DNA of 64,000 nucleotides from Spirochaetia bacterium (GCA_965198005.1 CBDAOI010000004.1:992001-1056000); one strand, 5' to 3'. Positions 52,240-62,826 are shown, counted from the stretch's first letter. Notes: generated by a model from the sequence alone, not told the origin. A program made the numbers and translations.

Positions 52240-53262
52240 TCACGTGCAGACACCTCGCTTGGTGGGAGGTGCGATGACGGGCGGTGGAGGCGCTGTGGCT
52301 CTCCGTCGGAAGCGGCGGATCACAAAGGTCGCGCGGGGGTCCATCGCGTCGCGGAGGCCGTCGCCGAGGAAGTTGACGCTGAGGACGGTGAGGGAGATGG
52401 CGAGGCCGGGCCAGATGACGCGGAGCGGGGTGAGGGTGAGGAACGGGACGCCGTCGTAGAGCAGGCGGCCCCAGGTGGGGAAGTCGGAGGGGAAGCCGAG
52501 GCCGAGGAAGCTGAGGGCGCTCTCGGTGATGATCGCCTGGGCGATGTCCAGGGTGGCGGCGACTACGATCGGACTCAGGGCGTTGGGGAACACGTGGCGC
52601 AGGATGATGCGCCACGGCCGGGCGCCGACGCTGCGGGCGGCGACCACGAACTCGCGCGCCCGGATGGTGAGCACCTGGCCGCGCACGATGCGGGCGGTCT
52701 GCATCCAGCTCGTGATGCCGATCACCCCCACCACCAGGATGAAGATGCCTGCCTCCAGGCCCAGCGCGGCGCGCAGCGGTTCGCGGAACAGCATGGTGCT
52801 GACCATCAGCAGCGGCAGCACCGGCAGCGCCAGGAACAGGTCGGTGAAGCGCATCAGCGGGCCGTCGAGGCGGCGGAAGAAGCCGGACAGGACGCCGACT
52901 ACGGTGCCGACGGTCAGTGACAGCGCCATCGCGGCCACCCCCACGGTCAGCGACAGCCGCCCGCCGGCCAGCAGGCGCGCGAAGGTGTCGCGGCCGAGAT
53001 TGTCGGTGCCGAGCGGGTGGGCGAGGGAGATACCCTGGTTCTTGGCCCGGTAGTCGAGGTAGTGGGGGTCGACGCCGTGCACGAACGAGCCGAACAGCAC
53101 CGCCAGCGCCACGCATGCGAACGCCGCGGCCCCGGCGACGGCGCCCCGGTGGCGGCGCAGCCGGTACCACACGGCGTGTTTGTGGGCGCGGTCCGCGTGG
53201 GCGCGCGGCACGCCGTGCCCGGCGGCGCGGGCGGACGCGGCGGGGGCCGGTTCAGCGGGCAC
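52240..53262 (-). CDS. Peptide ABC permease (DppC-like)
   Basis: HPLGTDNLGRD, ESALSFLGLG, GDGLRDAMDPR. Confidence 0.93.
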   Translation of the reverse strand: MPAEPAPAASARAAGHGVPRAHADRAHKHAVWYRLRRHRGAVAGAAAFACVALAVLFGSFVHGVDPHYLDYRAKNQGISLAHPLGTDNLGRDTFARLLAGGRLSLTVGVAAMALSLTVGTVVGVLSGFFRRLDGPLMRFTDLFLALPVLPLLMVSTMLFREPLRAALGLEAGIFILVVGVIGITSWMQTARIVRGQVLTIRAREFVVAARSVGARPWRIILRHVFPNALSPIVVAATLDIAQAIITESALSFLGLGFPSDFPTWGRLLYDGVPFLTLTPLRVIWPGLAISLTVLSVNFLGDGLRDAMDPRATFVIRRFRRRATAPPPPVIAPPTKRGVCT

Positions 53263-53316
53263 GGTTACTCCGTGACGCGCTGTATCGGCATCGCCGGCCG
53301 GCCGGGATCTTCCGGG

Positions 53317-54331
53317 CTAGTCATAGCGGATGCGCGGGTCGAGCATGCCGTACAGCAGGTCCGCCACCAGGTTGAAGAACACGATCAGGCCCGCGAAGAT
53401 GAAGGTCACGGTCTGCACGGTGGGGATGTCGGCGCCCTCGATCGCCCCGATCAGCAGCGCGCCGACGCCGTTGACGCGGAAGATCTGCTCGGTGATGATC
53501 GCGCCGGCGAAGGTGGTGGGCAGGCCGAGCGCGATCACCGTGACCACCGGGATCAGGCTGTTGCGCAGCACGTGCGCCAGGAGCACCCACGGCTCGGAAA
53601 GGCCCTTGGCGCGCGCGGTGCGCACGTACTCCTGGTGCAGGGTGTCGAGCACCGCGGAGCGGGTGAAGCGGCTGATCTGGGCGGCGCTGAACAGCGCCAG
53701 CACCAGCACCGGCATCACCATCTGCTTGAGCTGGTAGCCGAAGCTGGCCAGGTCGGTCACCCGGTGGGTGGTGTCGTAGATCGACGGCAGCCAGCCGAGC
53801 AGGCCGCTGAAGATCACGATCAGCACGGTGCCGGTGAAGAACGTGGGCACCGAGAACCCCACCATGGTGACGAAGGTGCCGACCTGGTCGAACACCGAAT
53901 ACTGGCGGTAGGCGGAGAACACGCCGGCCGGCACCGCGATCAGGATCGCCACCAGGTAGGAGACGCCCACCACGGTCAGGGTCTGCGGCAGCCGCTGGGC
54001 GATCAGGTCCACCACCGGCGAGCGGGTGGCCCAGGATCTGACCCGCAGCCGCGCGGCCGAGTCGCCGATCTCGATCCCGAACAGCACCTCGATCAGGTTG
54101 AGCGGCTCGTTGCGCCAGGAACTGCTCCAGCCAGCGCACGTAGCGCACCGGGAACGGCTGGCCGAGGCCGAGACTCTGCCGGATCCGCTCGCGCGTCTCC
54201 GGCGGAATGGTCAGCGGCAGTTGCGCGGTGGGATCACCCGGCGCCAGATCCAGCAGCGCGAAGACCACGAAGCTGATCGCCAGCAGGGTGGGAATGGCGA
54301 ACAGCAGGCGGCGGATCGCGTAGCGCACCAT
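53317..54331 (-). CDS. Peptide ABC permease (DppB-like) with one apparent frameshift near 54110
   Basis: N-terminus YAIRRLL in one frame, remainder (EYVRTARAKGL, LDPRIRY) in another; may be a sequencing error. Confidence 0.85.
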
Positions 54332-54357
54332 GCCGATGATCCGCGCGCGGCCCTACC

Positions 54358-56067
54358 TCACTTGACGCGATGCCATTCGTGGATGTTCCACAGCGTCGCG
54401 TCCCAGGCGTTGTGCCGGATGCCGCCGAGCGCCAGCGACCGGGCGCCGACCTCGCCACGGTGGATCAGCGGGATCAGCGCTCCGTCCTCGATCAGCAGGT
54501 CGTTCATGAGCTTGGCGATCGCCGCGCGCTGCTCGATGCCGCCGGTCTCGGCGAGCTGCGCGGCCAGGGCGTCGTACTGCCGGTTGCAGTAGCGGGAGAT
54601 GTTGCTGCCGTTCCACTGGTTCTCTGGGTCCGGGACCTTATCGCAGACCCAGCCGGCCATGTAGGCCTGCGGATCGGTGCCGTCGAAGTTGTTGGTGTAC
54701 ATCTGAATGTCGGCGTAGAACTTCTGGTAGGTGTCGGGGCTGGCCGGATCGCTGCCGAAGAACACCGACGCGTTGACGTTCCGCAGCTCGGTCTCGACGC
54801 CGATCGCGCGCCACATCTGCTTGATCAGCGCCTGCGTGCCCTGCCGCACCGAGTTGGTCGAGGTCTGGTAGAGGATCGACAGCCGCACCCCGTCCTTGGC
54901 GCGGACGCCGCCGCGGCCGCGCACCCAGCCCGCCTCGTCCAGGAGCCGGTTGGCGGCCTCGACGTCCTGCGTCATGCACCAGTCGTTGGCGGTGGAGGCG
55001 TACACCGGCGGGGCGGGCAGGACGTTGCAGGTCACGCGGCCGGCGGGGCCGTAGCCGGCTTCCACCAGGATGGCGCGGTCGATCGCCAGCGACAACGCGC
55101 GCGTCACCGCCGGATCGGACAGGAACGGGTGCGGGTTGGTGCCGTCCTGGTAGGTGGAGCGCGCGGCGCCGAGCGCCGGGTCGGGATTGGTCTTGTTGAT
55201 TACCAGGCGTTCGACGAAGGTGCCGAAGGCGGACAGCACCTCCCCCTTGCCCGCCCGCTCCATGTCGGCCAGGATTTCCGGCTCGACCTGCAGGTTCCAG
55301 GCGTGGTCGAACTCGCCGGTCACCAGCACCGCGCGGGCGGCCGAGACGGCGTCGCCGCCGCCCTTCAGCAGCACCGACGAGAAGGCCGGCCGGTCCGGGT
55401 CGCGGTAGCGCTCGTTGACCACGTAGCGCACCACGTCGTTGGGCCGGAACTCCGCCACCTTGAACGGGCCGGTGCCGACCGGCGCGAAGTTCTCGGTGGT
55501 GCACTCCGGCGCACGCGCGCCGGTGCAGTTCTCGAACTGGCGCTGCTGGAGGATCGGCAGGATCGAGCCGACGAACGGCGCGTAGGGGAACGGCATCGGC
55601 ACGTCGAAGTCGATCCGCACGGTGTGGTCATCGACCGCCTCGACCGAGCCGACGCCCTGGAACGAGGCGGCAGCCGGGCAGCCGCCGCCCGGGTCCATGC
55701 AGTAGGCCGCGGTGAAGGCGACGTCCTGCGCGGTGAACGGCGTGCCGTCGGACCACACCACGTCGTCGCGCAGCTTCCAGGTGATCGACCTGAGGTCGCG
55801 TGCCACGCCGCCGTTGTCCAGGGTGGGAATCTCGACCGCCAGCCAGGCGACCATGTCGCCGTTCTCGTCGTAGCGCGCCAGCGGCTCCAGGATCAGCGAC
55901 GCCGCGTGGATATCCTTGGTCCCGCCGGACAGGTAGGGGTTGAGGATCGACGGCGCCTGCCAGTAGAGCATCCTCAGTTCGCCGTCGGTGCCGCGCTCGG
56001 CCGCGGCTGCCACCGCCAGCGTCACCAGCGCCAGCGCCGCGAGACCCGGAGTTCGTAGCTTGCTCAT
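54358..56067 (-). CDS. Family 5 ABC substrate-binding protein
   Basis: Signal peptide, WQAPSILNPYL, WSDGTPFTAQDV, GTGPF. Confidence 0.95.
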   Translation of the reverse strand: MSKLRTPGLAALALVTLAVAAAAERGTDGELRMLYWQAPSILNPYLSGGTKDIHAASLILEPLARYDENGDMVAWLAVEIPTLDNGGVARDLRSITWKLRDDVVWSDGTPFTAQDVAFTAAYCMDPGGGCPAAASFQGVGSVEAVDDHTVRIDFDVPMPFPYAPFVGSILPILQQRQFENCTGARAPECTTENFAPVGTGPFKVAEFRPNDVVRYVVNERYRDPDRPAFSSVLLKGGGDAVSAARAVLVTGEFDHAWNLQVEPEILADMERAGKGEVLSAFGTFVERLVINKTNPDPALGAARSTYQDGTNPHPFLSDPAVTRALSLAIDRAILVEAGYGPAGRVTCNVLPAPPVYASTANDWCMTQDVEAANRLLDEAGWVRGRGGVRAKDGVRLSILYQTSTNSVRQGTQALIKQMWRAIGVETELRNVNASVFFGSDPASPDTYQKFYADIQMYTNNFDGTDPQAYMAGWVCDKVPDPENQWNGSNISRYCNRQYDALAAQLAETGGIEQRAAIAKLMNDLLIEDGALIPLIHRGEVGARSLALGGIRHNAWDATLWNIHEWHRVK

Positions 56068-56199
56068 GGGTAGTCAGTGTACGCGGGGCGCGGTTTCGGC
56101 GCCATCCGCGCACGGCGGCCGCGGCGGATGTTGCCTCCATGCGGTCCATGCGGTTCGGGGGGGAGCGCCGTTTGCAACCATCAGGTACAGTAGACGGAT

Positions 56200-57444
56200 A
56201 TGCCACCGGCCTGTAAGTCGCCGGTGCCGCCCACACCGCCCACCGGGCAGGCGGCCCGGGTCGAGGCGGCGTTGCGCGACGGCCGGCTGCGGCTGCCGTC
56301 GCCCGCGCGGCCGGCGTTCGTGGACCTGATCCGCGCCGTGCAGCGGGGAGCCGGGGTGGCAGCGGCGCCGAGCCCCCATGCCGGCACGCTGGCTCGCCAT
56401 CTGTTCGGGCGCCCGCGCCTGGTGCTGGTGCTGGTCGACGGGATGGGCATGACCGCGCTCGACGATCCGGCCGTGGCCGACCTGCGGCGGCGCGTGCGAC
56501 TGGAGCTGGACGCGGTGTTTCCGGCCACCACCGCCTGCGCCATGACCACGGTGGCGACCGGGATGTGGCCGGCGCAGCACGGTGTGCCGGGCTGGTGGGC
56601 GTACCTGGCGGAGCGTGACCTGCCGGTAACCGTGCTGCCGTTCCAGGAGCGCCATTCCGGGCGCGGGCTGCGCCGCCACGGCGTGCGTCCCGCCGAGTTG
56701 TGGCCGCACCCGTCGCGGTTCGCCGAGGTCAGCGGCAGCATGGAGATGCACGTCCCGGTGGCGTACCTGATGAGCGTGTTCACCCGCTACCTGAGCGGCC
56801 GCGGCCGCACGCGCGGCTACTGGTCGTTGCGCCACGCGCAGCGCCGGATCGTGCGGGGCATGCGGCGCGGGCGGCGGCGGCGGGCGCCGTCCATCACCTA
56901 CTGGTACATCCCCGACTACGACGCGGCCTGCCACACCTACGGCGCCGCCAGCCCGCAGGCGCGCGCCACGCTGGCCGCCATCCAGGGGATGCTGCTCGAG
57001 GTCGCGGCCGCGGCGCCGGACGACACGCGGGTGGCGGTGACCGCCGACCATGGACTGATCGACCTCGGCGACGGCGACCGGCTGCCGCTGTTCGACGGCG
57101 ATCCGGTGCTCGACTGCCTGCGCAGCGTGCCCAGCGGCGAGGGGCGCACGCCCCACTTCCACGTCCGGCCGGGCCGGGCCGGGGAGCTGGTGGAGCGGCT
57201 GGCCGAGCGCGCCGGCGAACGGCTGGCGGTGCTCAGTCTGGGCGAGGCGGAGGAGCTGCGCCTGTTCGGGCCGGAGCCGCTCGGCGCCCACGCGCGCCGC
57301 CGCTTCGGCGACTACGTCGGCGTCGCCCTGGCGCCGTTCACCGTCGCCTACTTCGAATCCGCCGACGCCACGTCGTTGCGCCACGTCGGCGTCCACGGCG
57401 GCATGTCCCCCGCCGAGGTGCGGATTCCCCTGGTCGTGCTGTGA
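56200..57444 (+). CDS. Alkaline-phosphatase-superfamily nucleotide pyrophosphatase/phosphodiesterase
   Basis: VLVDGMG, FPATT, DAACH, TADHG, HGG..EVRIP. Confidence 0.9.
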   Translation: MPPACKSPVPPTPPTGQAARVEAALRDGRLRLPSPARPAFVDLIRAVQRGAGVAAAPSPHAGTLARHLFGRPRLVLVLVDGMGMTALDDPAVADLRRRVRLELDAVFPATTACAMTTVATGMWPAQHGVPGWWAYLAERDLPVTVLPFQERHSGRGLRRHGVRPAELWPHPSRFAEVSGSMEMHVPVAYLMSVFTRYLSGRGRTRGYWSLRHAQRRIVRGMRRGRRRRAPSITYWYIPDYDAACHTYGAASPQARATLAAIQGMLLEVAAAAPDDTRVAVTADHGLIDLGDGDRLPLFDGDPVLDCLRSVPSGEGRTPHFHVRPGRAGELVERLAERAGERLAVLSLGEAEELRLFGPEPLGAHARRRFGDYVGVALAPFTVAYFESADATSLRHVGVHGGMSPAEVRIPLVVL

Positions 57445-57532
57445 GCCGCCCGCGCCGCCCGCGGCTCCCCGCACCCGGCGTGGCGAAGCCGGTCGACGGC
57501 CTCACCTGCGCTGTGCTTGCCGCGGCCGGGAG

Positions 57533-58159
57533 CTACGGCTGGTACCGGTAGCGGTCCGATCTGATGGCCGAGCTGCCGTCCATCAGGTCCATGAAGGCAT
57601 CGAAGCTGTCAGCGGAACTCCCGGTGCTCTCGCAGTTGGTCAGGGTCACGTAGCGGTGGTCGGCGCCGTGCTGGGTTCTCACGATCTCGTAGTTGCAGGT
57701 GACCGTAACCGTTACGGCCGGAGGACCTGCGGAGGTGGTCTTCACGATGGCGACCGTGCTCACGTCATTCTCGCTGTCGGTGCTGGTGGTGTACGTCGCC
57801 CCGTCGGTGACCACGTCGTCGTCCCGTAGCGCTTTCCACTCGGTCTGGTCGAAGACGTGCTGGACTTCGACCCGCCTGAAGTCCCCGCCATTGGTGAATA
57901 TCAGGGTGTCGTCGATCGGCGCCCCGCCCGTGCTGTCGGTGTTGTCCCCCGGATGCGTGAACTGCCAGCTCCCGACCAGAGACAGGTTGACCGGTACCTC
58001 GACCTCTACTCGTATCGTCTCGGTCCTCGAGCGGGGAGTGCTCGCGGTGGTGCTGCTCTCCTCCACGTCTTCCTGGTCTTCCGGCACCCCCCCGGGGCAC
58101 GCCGCCAGCACCGACAGCATTACGATAAGTGATGTCCACACAAGCACAGGTTTCAACAT
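57533..58159 (-). CDS. Lipoprotein, paralogue of 22644-23489
   Basis: Lipobox LAAC; shared LVGSW.F, DTL.F, VTC.(F/Y)EIV and RY.TL.NC motifs. Confidence 0.8.
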   Translation of the reverse strand: MLKPVLVWTSLIVMLSVLAACPGGVPEDQEDVEESSTTASTPRSRTETIRVEVEVPVNLSLVGSWQFTHPGDNTDSTGGAPIDDTLIFTNGGDFRRVEVQHVFDQTEWKALRDDDVVTDGATYTTSTDSENDVSTVAIVKTTSAGPPAVTVTVTCNYEIVRTQHGADHRYVTLTNCESTGSSADSFDAFMDLMDGSSAIRSDRYRYQP

Positions 58160-58254
58160 GACCGCTACCCTGGCACAGAACGAAAATAAGGAGAGCGCCC
58201 GCAGACGGCTCCTCTGCTCTCCTTATCGGACAGTTTGCCGGGGCAGTGAAGTGA

Positions 58255-58689
58255 CAAATTCGACAGCACGGTCAGCAGAATCAGCAGCCCCGGGAACGCC
58301 AGCCAGGCATCCACGGCGCGCTGCACGATGATGTCGTAGGCGCCGCCCAGGAACCCCGACGGGAGGCCGATGATGACCGCGACCACCACCGTCACGGTAG
58401 TCCCGGCCAGGCCCACGATCATCGAGATCCGGGCGCCGTAGATCAGGCGGGTGAGGATGTCCCTGCCCGCCTGATCCGCACCCAGCACGTGCTCTGCCGA
58501 CGGCGGCGCCAGCCGGGCCAGCATGTGAATCTCATTCATCCCGTACGGGGCCAGCAGATCGGCGAAGATCCCGCTGCACAGCAGGATCAGGAAGATCCCG
58601 CCACCGAACACCCCCAGCGGCTTCCTGGTTGCCAGCCGGATGAAGAACTCGGCCACGGGGCGGTGCCGCCGGTTCACGCCGCGACTCAT
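58255..58689 (-). pseudogene. DppC-like permease, 3'-truncated
   Basis: LGADQAGRD..AFPGLLILL, then unrelated sequence. Confidence 0.85.
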
Positions 58690-59115
58690 CGGTACGTCAT
58701 CTGCGCGCGGCGCCTACCGTAGGAGACGTCCACCAGCAGATTGGCCGCCACGATCGCGGCGGCCACCACCAGGTTGATGGCGGAGACCACCGGATAGTCT
58801 CTGCGCGTCAACGCCTGCAACATGAGGCGTCCCATCCCCGGCAGGGCGAATATCTGCTCCATGATCACCGCCCCGCCGACCAGGATCGGCAGATAGGCTC
58901 CGACCACGGTCACGACCGGAATCAGGGCGTTCTTGACGGCGTGGCCCACGACCACCACCCGCTCGCTGAGCCCCTTCGCATAGGCGGTCCTGACGTAGTC
59001 CTGGCGTAGCGCCTCCAGCATCATGGTGCGCGTCATGCCCATGGTGGCGGCGGCCATCGCCGTCCCCAGAATCAGGCCGGGTACCAGGAACTGTCCCAGG
59101 TTGCCCAGCGGATCC
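58686..59115 (-). pseudogene. DppB-like permease, 5'-truncated
   Basis: DPLGNLGQFLVP..QDYVRTAYAKGL..RDYP. Confidence 0.85.
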
Positions 59116-59368
59116 GCGCATTTCTTCGTTCACTTGGCCGTGGACATCGCCTTGGAGACCGCTATCGCACAGCGAGAGGCGCTGGAGGAGCCTGGATCCG
59201 ACGAGGTTCCGGAAAGCCTCAAGCTGTTCGTCGTACGTCGAGGAAGTAGTACAAGCGGCCCCCGGTTTCGGGATGTCCTTCACGTGAGCCGGCCCGTCTA
59301 CTCTCGCGAGCAGATCGACGCCGTCGTCGTTGAAGCAGGCACCGACGGCGCCGAGAGATCCTGCTCGA

Positions 59369-60571
59369 TCATCTCGGCACGTGGTCCTGACGCCGGGCGG
59401 CGGCGGCCGCGGCGGCGAAGTCGGCCTTGAGGTCTTCCAGGTCCTCCAGGCCGACCGAGATCCGCACCAGCCCGTCGGGAATGCCCTGAGCTTCCCGTTC
59501 CTCGGAACTGAGGTCCAGGTGGGAAGTGTGGCGCGGCATTGACACCAGGGTCTCCACGCCGCCGAGTGATGGCGCCACCGCGGCCAGCTTCAGGGTGGCG
59601 CAGAAGCGGTCGGCGGCCGGGCCGCCGCCGTCGAGGATCACCGACAGCATGCCGCCGTAGCCGTCGAGCATCCGGGTGGCGCGCGCGTGGTCGGGGTGAT
59701 CGGGCAGGCCGGGGTAGAGCACGCGCCGCACGCCCGCGACCCGCGTGAACCACTCCGCCAGGGCGTGGGCGGTGCGGTTGTGCCGCTCCATCCTGGCCGG
59801 CAGCGTGCGGATGCCGCGCTCCAGCAGCCAGGCCGTCTCCGGATCGATCGACGCCCCGTACAGTTTCATCATCTTGGTTACCCGGCCGATCACGGTCCGG
59901 CTGCCGGCCACGACGCCGGCGATCAGGTCGGAGTGCCCGCCCAGGTACTTGGTCGCCGAGTGGATGACCGCGTCCACGCCGTGCTCGGCGGCGCGCAGGT
60001 TGATCGGCGTGGCGAAGGTCACGTCGGCCGCCAGCAGCGCTCCCGCCTGCCGCGCCGCGCGCCGGGCCGGCTCCAGGTCGAATACCTTGAGCGTGGGGTT
60101 GGTGGGCAGCTCCAGCAGGACCACCCGGGTGCGGGGCTGCAGGGCCGCCTGCCAGGCCGCGCGGTCGTCGGGGTCGACCAAGGTGGTGGTGATCCCGCGC
60201 CGGGGCAGCTCGCCGGTGAGCAGAGCGTGGGTGGCGCCGTAGAGGTAGCGGCTGGCCACCACGTGGTCACCCGCCTCCGCCACCGAGAGGATGGTCATGG
60301 AGATGGCGGCCATGCCGCTGGCGAGGACCAGCGCGCCCTCGGTGCCTTCCAGTGCCGCCACCTTGGCAGCGACCGCCCGCTGGTTCGGATTGTTGCCGTA
60401 GCGGCTGTACAGCAACTCGCTGCCGTCGCCGGGTTCCGGGGCATGGAAGGTGGAACTGCGGACGACCGGCGGAATGACCGGCTGTCCGGGCCGCGCGCGC
60501 GGCTCGCCCGCGTGGATGGCGCTGGTCGCCGGCCGCGGGCCGCGGTGGTTGTTCGTATCGTCGGGTGGCAT
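59369..60571 (-). CDS. Cys/Met metabolism PLP enzyme (cystathionine gamma-synthase/lyase or methionine gamma-lyase family)
   Basis: YSRYGNNP, SGMAAI, HSATKYLGGHSD, SLGGVETL, RISVGLED. Confidence 0.93.
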   Translation of the reverse strand: MPPDDTNNHRGPRPATSAIHAGEPRARPGQPVIPPVVRSSTFHAPEPGDGSELLYSRYGNNPNQRAVAAKVAALEGTEGALVLASGMAAISMTILSVAEAGDHVVASRYLYGATHALLTGELPRRGITTTLVDPDDRAAWQAALQPRTRVVLLELPTNPTLKVFDLEPARRAARQAGALLAADVTFATPINLRAAEHGVDAVIHSATKYLGGHSDLIAGVVAGSRTVIGRVTKMMKLYGASIDPETAWLLERGIRTLPARMERHNRTAHALAEWFTRVAGVRRVLYPGLPDHPDHARATRMLDGYGGMLSVILDGGGPAADRFCATLKLAAVAPSLGGVETLVSMPRHTSHLDLSSEEREAQGIPDGLVRISVGLEDLEDLKADFAAAAAAARRQDHVPR

Positions 60572-60612
60572 GGCTCCGTACCGCGAATATACACCCGTGT
60601 GGTCGGGTCGCC

Positions 60613-61533
60613 TTAGCCATGCGCCTCGGCCACCGCTGCCGCCGGCTGTACGCCGGCGGCAGCGGGCGGGGCCGGCTCCCCAGCTCCCGTGGCCGGCGCG
60701 AGAAACTCGTAGGTCTGGTGGTCTTCGATGGCGACCGGGGCCAGCGCCGGTCCGCGCATGGCGAGCCGCACGATCGTGCGGTTGAAGCGCGCGACGTGGG
60801 CGGAGGCGAAGTATTCCGCCAGCGGCATCCAGCGGCACTCTTCGATCTCGGCCGGGTCGTGACGGATGTCCGCGATCAGCGGCCGCAGGCGGCATACGAT
60901 ATACAGATCGGAGCGTCCGAACCTGAACTGGTGGCGGTGACGGATGCAGACGATGCCCTGGAACTCCGCCCGGATGCCGGTCTCTTCCGCCACCTCGCGC
61001 ACCACCGCGGTCGCCAGGTCCTCCTCGGGGTCGAGCGAACCGCCCGGCAGCTTGTAATAGGGACGGGTCAGGTCGGGCCGGAACCGTTCGCTGACCACCA
61101 GCAAACGGTCCTGCGCGTCGATCACCACGCCGCCGGCGCCGACGTTGTGGGTGGCGTAGTGCGGGATGTGGGCATGCGGCTGCAATGGCAGGGTCATCGT
61201 CAGGTGGTCCGGGCCGGCATGGTGAAAGGAGAATCCGGCGGCCGCCGCCACCGGCACCAGGGGCGCCGACCGGCGCGGGATCTTCAGCCACACCAGCCGG
61301 TAGCCGGCCGCGCGCCAGGCGGCGATCGAGCATGCCAGCACCTCCGTGAACCGGGCGGGAGCGGCCGGCAGCCGGCTCGGGTCGACGATAAAGCCGCCGT
61401 ACATGTCGGCGGCGCCGGCCAGCGGGTGCGGGTCAGCCACCGGCGCCTGGCCCGGCCGCGTGGGATGAGACGTCGTGCATACGCCGCCGACCATGTATCG
61501 GGAAGCGCGGATGGTCAATCGCCCGCATGCCAT
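60613..61533 (-). CDS. Nudix hydrolase of NUDT6/AtNUDX2 architecture; true start probably ~61440
   Basis: N-terminal DMYGG..VWLKIP..GFSFHHA domain plus Nudix box GGSLDPEEDLATAVVREVAEETG. Confidence 0.88.
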   Translation of the reverse strand: MACGRLTIRASRYMVGGVCTTSHPTRPGQAPVADPHPLAGAADMYGGFIVDPSRLPAAPARFTEVLACSIAAWRAAGYRLVWLKIPRRSAPLVPVAAAAGFSFHHAGPDHLTMTLPLQPHAHIPHYATHNVGAGGVVIDAQDRLLVVSERFRPDLTRPYYKLPGGSLDPEEDLATAVVREVAEETGIRAEFQGIVCIRHRHQFRFGRSDLYIVCRLRPLIADIRHDPAEIEECRWMPLAEYFASAHVARFNRTIVRLAMRGPALAPVAIEDHQTYEFLAPATGAGEPAPPAAAGVQPAAAVAEAHG

Positions 61534-61548
61534 GCTGCTCGATGGCCG

Positions 61549-62685
61549 TCATCGGCGGAGCGGCGGGGCGTGGTCGAGGACGTACGTCATCAGCGACGGG
61601 ATGCCGGCCACCCAGACGACCGGCGGCAGTTGCCCCGGCGGGCTCCAGACGTAGCCCAGCCGATTCAATTCCTCGCGTGCCGCCAGCCGGCCCGCGGCGG
61701 CGTCGCCGGTCGCGGCCAGGGCGGCGTCGAGGTCGTGATCGGTTGCGGTGGCGGTGCCGGCCTCGAACAGCGGAGCCACCGCGGCGGCCGCCGGCAGCAG
61801 GCCGCGCGCCTCCAGTTCCCGATAGCGGTCCTGGTAGTAGTCCGTGACCCGCGCGACTACGTCAGGTCGCGCCGCGTCCGCGTCATCGTCGGTCAGCCGG
61901 GTCGCGCCGATGGCCAAGCGCCGTTTCCAGATCGCCTCACCCCAGAGCTGAATAAAGTACGGATACCGCTGGCTGTGCGCGACGACCGTGTCGAGCGCGC
62001 CAGCCGCGAGGCTCACGTCGTGGGCGGCCAGCGGCTCGACCAGGGCGGCGCGGGCGGCCGCGTCGCTCAGCAGGCCGATACCCAGTCGTCCTTCGCCCAA
62101 GCGGCTCCAGAAGGAAGCGTTCATGGTGCCGAGATGCGCCGGCAGGCCCGGCGTGCCGGCCAGCACCAGCAGGAACGGCGCGTTGGCGCGCACTTCCTGG
62201 CTGACGTTGAGCAGCAGTCGGCCCACGTCAGGCGCGAGCGTGTGGGCTTCGTCGACCAGCACGACAACGGGTTTTCTCCGGCAGCGCGCAGTCAACCGCA
62301 CCGTCAGGTCCTGCGCGGACGTGTCCAGCGCCGCCCATTCGGCTTGGCCGACGCCCGTGACGCCGAGTTTCCTGGGCAGGAACTTCCTGATGGCGGACAC
62401 CGGCAACAAGGCGTCGACCACGGCCTCCCCGGTCCGTACCAAGCTCGGTGACAGCCGGGCGACGTCGATCCGACCAGCTTCGCGGCAGGCACGCGTAAAC
62501 CAGTTGAGCAACACGGTCTTGCCGTTGCCGCGCGGCCCCATCAGCGCCACGTCGTGCGGCGGAACCTCGCCGCCAAGCAGGCCCGCCAAGCATTGCGTCA
62601 GCACTCCCTGCTCTGGTTCGCGCCCGGTCAGCGCCGGTGGAGCGGCGCCCGCTCCGGGAGTGAATACCCACTGCGGCGTGTTCAT
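61549..62685 (-). CDS. AAA+ ATPase (AAA_16/archaeal-ATPase-like) with probable C-terminal winged helix
   Basis: FTPGAGAAPPALTGRE, GPRGNGKT, LVDEAH, YPYFIQ. Confidence 0.88.
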   Translation of the reverse strand: MNTPQWVFTPGAGAAPPALTGREPEQGVLTQCLAGLLGGEVPPHDVALMGPRGNGKTVLLNWFTRACREAGRIDVARLSPSLVRTGEAVVDALLPVSAIRKFLPRKLGVTGVGQAEWAALDTSAQDLTVRLTARCRRKPVVVLVDEAHTLAPDVGRLLLNVSQEVRANAPFLLVLAGTPGLPAHLGTMNASFWSRLGEGRLGIGLLSDAAARAALVEPLAAHDVSLAAGALDTVVAHSQRYPYFIQLWGEAIWKRRLAIGATRLTDDDADAARPDVVARVTDYYQDRYRELEARGLLPAAAAVAPLFEAGTATATDHDLDAALAATGDAAAGRLAAREELNRLGYVWSPPGQLPPVVWVAGIPSLMTYVLDHAPPLRR

Positions 62686-62826
62686 GACTGCTCCGATGAA
62701 GTAACGCAGCCCACGCTGGTCGTCAAGGGTCCGGTCCGGAGGTCCTGGAGGTCTGGGCGGTCTGGCGCACTCTCTGGCGCAGCCTCTTGGGATGGCACGG
62801 GCTGACTCCCGCTGCTGCGCGGTCTT

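Noticed and set aside
58184-58250. Inverted repeat ataaggagagc..gctctccttat and a possible IS end
   Set aside because: Too short to assign; probably the scar that truncated the permease.
59116-59345. Foreign-looking stub (DDGVDLLAR) resembling a nuclease motif
   Set aside because: Too short and lacking start/stop context to support a call.
59369-61333. 654-aa ORF as an extended PLP enzyme
   Set aside because: The extension overlaps the Nudix gene in another frame; the real start is ~60571.
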